Source: an uncultured Candidatus Saccharibacteria bacterium
Lineage (GTDB): Bacteria; Patescibacteriota; Minisyncoccia; Phycocordibacterales; UBA5272
Length of the DNA: 56,848 bases
Reading direction: 5' to 3'
Assembly (NCBI GenBank): GCA_964406165.1
Contig: CAYOQQ010000004.1
Coordinates: 1-56,848 of the forward strand
In this document: one piece after another, positions 32,940-38,394 of the stretch
How the letters are laid out: each line of letters begins with the position of its first letter
How positions within the stretch are numbered: position 1 is the first letter of the stretch
Position numbers and translations under genes: made by a program
Notes under the pieces: model-generated
The model's database searches: none
Seen by the model: only the letters and a program-made list of their open reading frames with translations
Told to the model about the DNA's origin: nothing

Positions 32940-33010
32940 TTGCGGGGACAGGAATCGAACCTGTGTCCCGAGGTTATGAGCCTCGTGAGTTACCTCTACT
33001 CTACCCCGCT
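32940..33010 (-). tRNA. tRNA-Met(CAU), initiator-type; CCA not encoded
   Basis: Hand-folded 71-nt cloverleaf: AGCGGGG-TA-GAGT-AGAGGTA-ACTC-A-CGAGG-CTCATAA-CCTCG-GGAC-ACAGG-TTCGATT-CCTGT-CCCCGCA-A. Initiator hallmarks are the 1:72 mismatch (A/A) and A11:U24. Confidence 0.85.
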
Positions 33011-33135
33011 ATATTTGTAAACGTCAAAGTATAATACCATATTTAATTATATTCTACAATGGCAATCGTTTGATATTTATGAATCAGGGTTGAAAAAGTG
33101 TCAAATTTGTAGTAGTATTTGTTGTACTCAGTGTA

Positions 33136-33163
33136 AGAAAAATAAAATATGTCAGTGTAGCTC
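33136..33163 (+). repeat. orphan copy of the tRNA(CAU) upstream motif plus the first 13 nt of the tRNA
   Basis: The 28-nt agaaaaataaaatatgtcagtgtagctc is identical to 33277-33304. Confidence 0.8.
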
Positions 33164-33291
33164 GAGAAACTTGGTTTCGAAGATGTCCTGATTTAACAAA
33201 ATCAAGTCTTGGACTAAAGCCAGCAGGCAAAGGACACAGTTGGCCAAGGTGATACTATATCTAGTGCTCTGATGGTAGAAAAATAAAATAT

Positions 33292-33368
33292 GTCAGTGTA
33301 GCTCAGTTGGTTAGAGCGAAGGACTCATAAGCCTTAGGTCGGTGGTTCGATCCCACCCACTGACACCA
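33292..33368 (+). tRNA. elongator-type tRNA(CAU): tRNA-Met or tRNA-Ile2 (lysidine); CCA encoded
   Basis: 77-nt cloverleaf: GTCAGTG-TA-GCTC-AGTTGGTTA-GAGC-G-AAGGA-CTCATAA-GCCTT-AGGTC-GGTGG-TTCGATC-CCACC-CACTGAC-A-CCA. Confidence 0.85.
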
Positions 33369-33434
33369 CAACAATGTTTCACTTTTATGTTTAATCATGG
33401 TATATACTATATAACTCAACAATAAGGAGTATGT

Positions 33435-33671
33435 ATGGGCACTCCAAATGAAGTAGTTCAGCTATCTGTGTTTAAGTGTGTTCAGAAAGGGTGTGATGGG
33501 GATATTGAAAGAAACGCTAATAGTCAAAAAGGAGGAGGGTATTTTATTACAATAACGTGCAATAAATGCTCCCGTCAGTATAGCGGAGCACCGTATGATA
33601 CGATTTCTATTTCGAAAAAAAGTATTGAGGCACTACATCTTGCACAAAATAATCCACAAAAAACAAGATAA
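33435..33671 (+). CDS. small zinc-ribbon-like protein
   Basis: 78 aa with FKCVQKGC ... ITCNKCSRQY (two Cys pairs). SD aaggag lies 5 nt upstream. The terminator at 33689-33716 follows. Confidence 0.5.
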   Translation: MGTPNEVVQLSVFKCVQKGCDGDIERNANSQKGGGYFITITCNKCSRQYSGAPYDTISISKKSIEALHLAQNNPQKTR

Positions 33672-33688
33672 AGTTCTGCTGTTAAGAT

Positions 33689-33716
33689 ACCTTCACATTT
33701 GTGAAGGTTTTATTTT
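33689..33716. terminator. terminator between convergent genes
   Basis: accttcaca-tt-tgtgaaggt followed by tttatttta. Confidence 0.65.
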
Positions 33717-33768
33717 AGTTAAGGGTTGCTATTCCTGGTCCTACGCTTGCTAGCTACGGACATCTTCG

Positions 33769-35007
33769 TCACTCTTCGTTCCTTGACCATTTCTTAGCAA
33801 CATCATCCATCTCTTTTTTAATAGCCTCTACGAAACCATTTTCGATATGTGCTTGCTTAAGAATTGTTCGTGCGTATCTGTGGTAGAAAAAAAGCGGACA
33901 GAGTGAAGATTTAACAAGTGATACTGTTATAGGTACGTTCACTGCCTTGTCGGCTTTATTTTTGTCAGTAAATGACATTGAGAGAGTAATATTTTCAATG
34001 GTGTAGTGTTTGAAGTTTCCTTTCATCTGGAGTTCTTCAAGACAGGTAAAGAGAGGGTGGAGGCCATTTTCTTGTTGAGAGCTTGGAAGCGTGAGGCGAA
34101 TTTTGTTTTTTTGTTTTTCACTACCAAAAGAAAAGGTGATAGCTTTTATCTTCCACATTAAAAGCGGAGTACCGCGATTTGTTTTTGCAAAATCAAAACT
34201 CTCATCTTTAAATGGTGCTAAGTCAAATGATTCAATTTTCTCGGTATATCCATCGTTACAAATAATTCTTAGGAATGTGTCGAGGAAAATAAGTTTCTCA
34301 TATTTGCTCCCAGTGTAAGAAATAAGAATCTCTTTATCTTGTGGAAGGTATACAATTCTTACTTTTTCAACTTTTTTCTTAGTTGCTGTTTTGTCGAGAT
34401 TTCCAGTTTCACTGTCTCGTTCAGTGGTTAGTTCGGGTGCACCTTCAAATGTTGCATCAACATACAAGACACCATTTAGAGTTTTCGATTCTACAAGACA
34501 CTCAGTTACACGATCTTCTTTGTTTGCTAAGCGAGTGAATTCTTTTGTGAGCTCGGTTATTTTAAGATTAGCTTCTGTAAGGTCTACTTCTTTTGCTTCG
34601 TAGAGCATGTAGTTAGGCTTTACATAAAAGGTGTGAAGGAATTGTACTTCATCATAGAGGTCTTTGTGGAAGAGGTAATAGTATAGTACTCTGTCATGAT
34701 CAGATGAACATTCAATATGAGTCTCGTGTTTAGCTACTTTTCGCTCAATAAAAAGTGAAGAGAATAGGTCAGAGGCATGAGGTGTGGAGATACTAGAAAG
34801 AGGGGCGAGCTCACGCTGAATATCAATTTTCTGTTCTGGCGGAAGTGAATTGTAGAAATCGTTAAGAATAGCAATAACATTCTTTCTGGTGGTCTGCTCA
34901 GTAATTTCAAAAATCGCCATTATGTCATGTCGCTTATAGAGTTCAACCAAAAGGTCGGGTGCGTAGATTTTTTTGAAGTAATTTTTGGTAGAAAATGCTT
35001 GAGCCAT
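33769..35007 (-). CDS. hypothetical 412-aa protein (orphan, no recognised domain)
   Basis: Long uninterrupted ORF between two tRNA genes, cytoplasmic and Lys/Glu-rich. Its stop codon lies inside the 25-bp repeat 33759-33783. Confidence 0.6.
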   Translation of the reverse strand: MAQAFSTKNYFKKIYAPDLLVELYKRHDIMAIFEITEQTTRKNVIAILNDFYNSLPPEQKIDIQRELAPLSSISTPHASDLFSSLFIERKVAKHETHIECSSDHDRVLYYYLFHKDLYDEVQFLHTFYVKPNYMLYEAKEVDLTEANLKITELTKEFTRLANKEDRVTECLVESKTLNGVLYVDATFEGAPELTTERDSETGNLDKTATKKKVEKVRIVYLPQDKEILISYTGSKYEKLIFLDTFLRIICNDGYTEKIESFDLAPFKDESFDFAKTNRGTPLLMWKIKAITFSFGSEKQKNKIRLTLPSSQQENGLHPLFTCLEELQMKGNFKHYTIENITLSMSFTDKNKADKAVNVPITVSLVKSSLCPLFFYHRYARTILKQAHIENGFVEAIKKEMDDVAKKWSRNEE

Positions 35008-35212
35008 ATGTACAGGTTGTAGGGATTAGGTTATAGGTTGTAGTTAGCAAACAATAGGATTTAGTGTAGCATGGTAAAAAATATTTCTTCCCAGTAATCA
35101 CCAACTTGAAAGAAGCTGTATTTATGGTAGAATGTTGGAGTTGAAGTGCCACAAATTCGCTAAATAGTAGACAATCTAGTGTAATCATAATGTGTAGCAA
35201 AAAATAAAATAT

Positions 35213-35286
35213 GCAGTGGTAGCTCAGCTGGTTAGAGCACCGCCCTGTCACGGCGGGGGTCGTGGGTTCAAATCCCATTCACTGCG
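35213..35286 (+). tRNA. tRNA-Asp(GUC); CCA not encoded
   Basis: 74-nt cloverleaf: GCAGTGG-TA-GCTC-AGCTGGTTA-GAGC-A-CCGCC-CTGTCAC-GGCGG-GGGTC-GTGGG-TTCAAAT-CCCAT-TCACTGC-G. Confidence 0.9.
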
Positions 35287-35340
35287 CACATACTAAAAAG
35301 CACGACTTAAGTCGTGCTTTTTAGTATGTGCGCAGTGAAT
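35277..35340. repeat. perfect 30-bp-stem palindrome (loop ttaa) containing the tRNA-Asp 3' end and a bidirectional terminator core
   Basis: attcactgcgcacatactaaaaagcacgac (35277-35306) is the exact reverse complement of 35311-35340. Confidence 0.9.
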
Positions 35341-35533
35341 AGTACAAGGCTAAACGCCTTGTACGTGGGATTTGAATGAAGAAGCGGTCTACAAAAGTAA
35401 TACAACAAAAGTTGGTTTCATGACTTTTGTTGTATTACTTTTGTCGCTTTTTCCTTAGGCGAAAGTTAAGAGTATTTTATGAATCATGTAGTGATGAAAT
35501 AAAATACCTTAACAATCGCCAAATCCCATTCAC
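35341..35533 (-). repeat. tRNA-linked structured module Asp-1
   Basis: Read on the minus strand it starts with GTGAATGGGATTTG (antisense of tRNA-Asp 35269-35282) and ends with CATTCAAATCCCAC plus the hairpin 35342-64. It also has a 22-bp internal hairpin (35390-35443). Confidence 0.55.
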
Positions 35534-35655
35534 CTGCGTGGGACTTCGGGATTTGAATATGCGATTAGTAAATCGCGCCGAGAGGCGATATCGCGAATCT
35601 GCTTCGAGGAGCAGAGCGACGAGGCAGATTTGTGACCAAATCCCATTCCCGGTAC
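35534..35655 (-). repeat. tRNA-linked structured module Asp-2
   Basis: The minus strand reads GAATGGGATTTG-GTCAC-hairpin ... GCGATTTACTAATCGC-ATATTCAAATCCC. The GTCAC block and the GCGATTTACNAATCGC hairpin are shared with the Met modules. Confidence 0.55.
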
Positions 35656-35699
35656 TGTTAAAAAAAGACTCTATTATCATTACATGCTAAACTCATAGT

Positions 35700-36071
35700 A
35701 TGAAAAAACTGTACATAAGTAGTATATTGTTTTTACTTCTTATTGGAGCAACTTTTTATTTTGTTGCCAATAAAGAAGCGAAAAGTGTGGATGGAAAATG
35801 TAAAGCAGGGTATAGTTCACAGTATGTATTTACCGGTGGTGATAAAGGATATTACACTCCGTGTATTAAAAATGCTGTAGACGCAGGGGTTGTGTGTGAG
35901 ATAAATAGTCAGTGTTCAACTGGGTATTGTATCCCATTAGAAACATTTGTTAGAAATTGTGCTGAGCAAAAGTCATCTTGTGAGAATATAACTGGAACTT
36001 GTTCAGAAAATAAATCAGTTCAAGTCTCAATACCAAAGAAAAATAGTATTTATATAGTACGAAACAAATAA
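35700..36071 (+). CDS. small secreted cysteine-rich protein
   Basis: Signal/anchor MKKLYISSILFLLLIGATFYF with 10 Cys in the mature part. The next gene starts 13 nt downstream. Confidence 0.55.
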   Translation: MKKLYISSILFLLLIGATFYFVANKEAKSVDGKCKAGYSSQYVFTGGDKGYYTPCIKNAVDAGVVCEINSQCSTGYCIPLETFVRNCAEQKSSCENITGTCSENKSVQVSIPKKNSIYIVRNK

Positions 36072-36084
36072 AAATCATACTTAC

Positions 36085-37929
36085 ATGCCCTACCCAATCC
36101 GGCACATTACCCAAAAAGATATTATCTCAGATCCTGTTGGGTCGTATCGAGAATTTCGTAACCGTATTTTATTTGAAGGACAACTTGCTCCGTTTCCAGA
36201 GTTTGCGCCAGTCGTTGATTTTCTCATTAAAGAACTCTCAGATTCATTTATTCAGACGATGATGCTTGAACATCCTGCTCTTCGGCTTGAGTACACTGAA
36301 GTAAGAACACTGTTGTTCCACATTAACTTAACGTTTTCGCTTGATGATCAGGAAACATATCCATATGATGCGCCATTTTCTGCTCCATATCCTTACAGAC
36401 CGACTATTGATGCCATAGAAGCTGCTATACGATTTTTCGATAAAGTTAACAGGCTAGACCCAGAGAATCGTGCTGTTAAGTTATATCACTTTGATCGCTA
36501 CTGCTACCATAGACACGCTCTTGTAACAAGTGAGGAAGTCATTATACTTCCAACTTTAGAAGACTTAGGTATTGTTGATTTTATCCGTACTCGATCTGTG
36601 CCAATAGAGTTCGTCGGAGTTATTTCTAAAACATTACGAGTGGATGGGCACGCTCAGTCACCTCTTGATTTTTGGTATCACGATTTAAACCATGCCAGAA
36701 GGTTATTTGCATATATTAAAAAGAGGCTTAAAGAAAGAGGGATTACATCACACGAGGCAGCACTTAGATATTATTCTGAAGTGAATGAGTTTATGGAAAG
36801 TGTTATTGTTCCACAGTTTATTTCTTTAAATGGTTTTTCTGAAGAAGAAATTGGGCTAAGGAAACTTTGCACACTTATTATTTTCGAAATTGTTCATGAG
36901 ACAGCTCTTACACTTGAGCGAGATGCGCTTATTGGGGATGTGTTACGAGGGAATGGTCCACAGCCATTTGAGTATCAATTGCACGATGAAGGGTTAACTG
37001 AAGAAAACTTAAGAACCCCAACTGGAAATATTCAAAGTGGTGCTCAACACGGGCGTCTCGATGCTAGTAATGCTACAAAAGTGAGATACTTTTTAGATGC
37101 TGCATCTATTGGGCTTCTTGCTAATGTGTACAGTAAGCTTAATCATTATTACTATGATAATGCGACAACTGTTAATGAGGATATCGTCCCAACAGCTTGG
37201 AGAACCCCTGAGAAAATTGTTGAAGCTGCGAAGTATATTTTAACTGTACTAAAGTGTGAGCACACCCCAAGTGATGAAGAATTATATAGGCTTGTTACAG
37301 ATAGAGAGGGTACAAAAGAAAGAATACTAAAACCTGCTATTACAGAAAATGAGAGTACTCAAAAAGTGCAGGATGCAACGGACCCGCTAACTGCAGAAGA
37401 AGTTATTGAACTCATACGATCACGCGGTAAAAAAGTATACACGTTATTCGGCTACTCAGCATTAGGATATGAGTCACATGACCGTATGCTAGATGTAGTT
37501 AAAGAAAAAATAAGTTCGCTATCTAGAGATGAATGGGTAATAGCAATTGGTGCAACAGAAGAAGGGGTGGGGTCTTGCTATAGTGTAGCTAAAGAACTAG
37601 GTTTCGAAACTATCGGTATCGTCTCTACACAGGCATTGTCATATAGTGGTAAGTTCTCTGACTATGTTGATATGATTTATATCGTCAATGACGAGTTGTG
37701 GGGTGGGTATATTCCAGGTACGACTAAACTCGCTGAAACAACAAGAACATTCCTTTCGTGTAGTGATTTTATCCTAGCACTTGGTGGAGGGGATAATACT
37801 ACAGTAACTCTAACTGCAGCGAAGTCTATTCAGCTACCATTTGAGTACATACCATTTGAGATGAACCATGAGAATGCAAAAAAGAAGCAGATAGAAGATG
37901 TTCGAGGGTCTGCAGTAATTTTTGCGTAA
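36085..37929 (+). CDS. hypothetical 614-aa protein with a C-terminal SLOG/LOG-like (TIGR00725-like) Rossmann domain
   Basis: The C-terminal 180 aa run VYTLFGYS...IGATEEGVGS...GIVS...SCSDFILALGGGDNTTVTL. This matches the GG.G...Rn..lv..sD..ia.gGG.GT architecture of the LOG/SLOG superfamily. The N-terminal 430 aa are unrecognised (contains FWYHDLNHARR). Confidence 0.5.
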   Translation: MPYPIRHITQKDIISDPVGSYREFRNRILFEGQLAPFPEFAPVVDFLIKELSDSFIQTMMLEHPALRLEYTEVRTLLFHINLTFSLDDQETYPYDAPFSAPYPYRPTIDAIEAAIRFFDKVNRLDPENRAVKLYHFDRYCYHRHALVTSEEVIILPTLEDLGIVDFIRTRSVPIEFVGVISKTLRVDGHAQSPLDFWYHDLNHARRLFAYIKKRLKERGITSHEAALRYYSEVNEFMESVIVPQFISLNGFSEEEIGLRKLCTLIIFEIVHETALTLERDALIGDVLRGNGPQPFEYQLHDEGLTEENLRTPTGNIQSGAQHGRLDASNATKVRYFLDAASIGLLANVYSKLNHYYYDNATTVNEDIVPTAWRTPEKIVEAAKYILTVLKCEHTPSDEELYRLVTDREGTKERILKPAITENESTQKVQDATDPLTAEEVIELIRSRGKKVYTLFGYSALGYESHDRMLDVVKEKISSLSRDEWVIAIGATEEGVGSCYSVAKELGFETIGIVSTQALSYSGKFSDYVDMIYIVNDELWGGYIPGTTKLAETTRTFLSCSDFILALGGGDNTTVTLTAAKSIQLPFEYIPFEMNHENAKKKQIEDVRGSAVIFA

Positions 37930-38004
37930 TAAGGGTGTATGTTACTAAGGTAAACACGGTATAACTTGAGCACTTTCGGCCTACCCTTATGTTAAACTTA
38001 TACT

Positions 38005-38394
38005 ATGTTCGGTCTCATTTCTGACTATGCTAAATGGCACTATTCGTATGCGCTCTTAGCTATTGTTCATCTTGCACAGGAGTTCGTACGGTTCTTCTTT
38101 AACCTATTCTCAGTAACTCTTTTCTTGAAGAGTATATTTAGTCCGATATTTAGTATTTCTTTAAATGATGTTAGTTCACCTGAAGTAAGTGATATTGTAG
38201 CAGTATTTATGGGTGGTGTGTTCACTAGGATAATCGGAGCCTTTATGAGAAGTCTTCTTATACTTATTGGAATCATTTGCGGGCTCATGAGTAGCCTCTT
38301 TTTTGTTATTGTTGGTGTGATGTGGATATGTATGCCAGTTGCTCTACCTCTGCTTGTCTATGTCTTAGGTGTAGTCACTTTTTCTTTACTATGA
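38005..38394 (+). CDS. small polytopic membrane protein, translationally coupled to the Clp-like gene
   Basis: 129 aa, 3-4 TM helices. Its stop TGA overlaps the next ATG (ATGA at 38391-94). Confidence 0.5.
   Translation: MFGLISDYAKWHYSYALLAIVHLAQEFVRFFFNLFSVTLFLKSIFSPIFSISLNDVSSPEVSDIVAVFMGGVFTRIIGAFMRSLLILIGIICGLMSSLFFVIVGVMWICMPVALPLLVYVLGVVTFSLL

Noticed and set aside
32663-33034. 123-aa + strand ORF across the tRNA-Met region, and the similar 34943-35278 minus ORF across tRNA-Asp
   Set aside because: These translations run through the antisense of tRNA genes and through terminator hairpins (for example ...GIEPVSRGYEPRELPLLYPA is the tRNA antisense). They have no SD and are not coding.
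35427-35690. 87-aa (+) and 67-aa (-) ORFs inside the tRNA-Asp-linked modules
   Set aside because: They overlap each other and the hairpin and repeat structure. They have no SD and an Arg-rich nonsense composition. The region is better explained as structured non-coding DNA or RNA.
32447-38000. Search for an integrase, recombinase or transposase that would make the tRNA-flanked region a classical genomic island
   Set aside because: No ORF in this region, or anywhere in the window, shows tyrosine or serine recombinase, DDE or HUH motifs that I can recognise. The island idea therefore remains only contextual.
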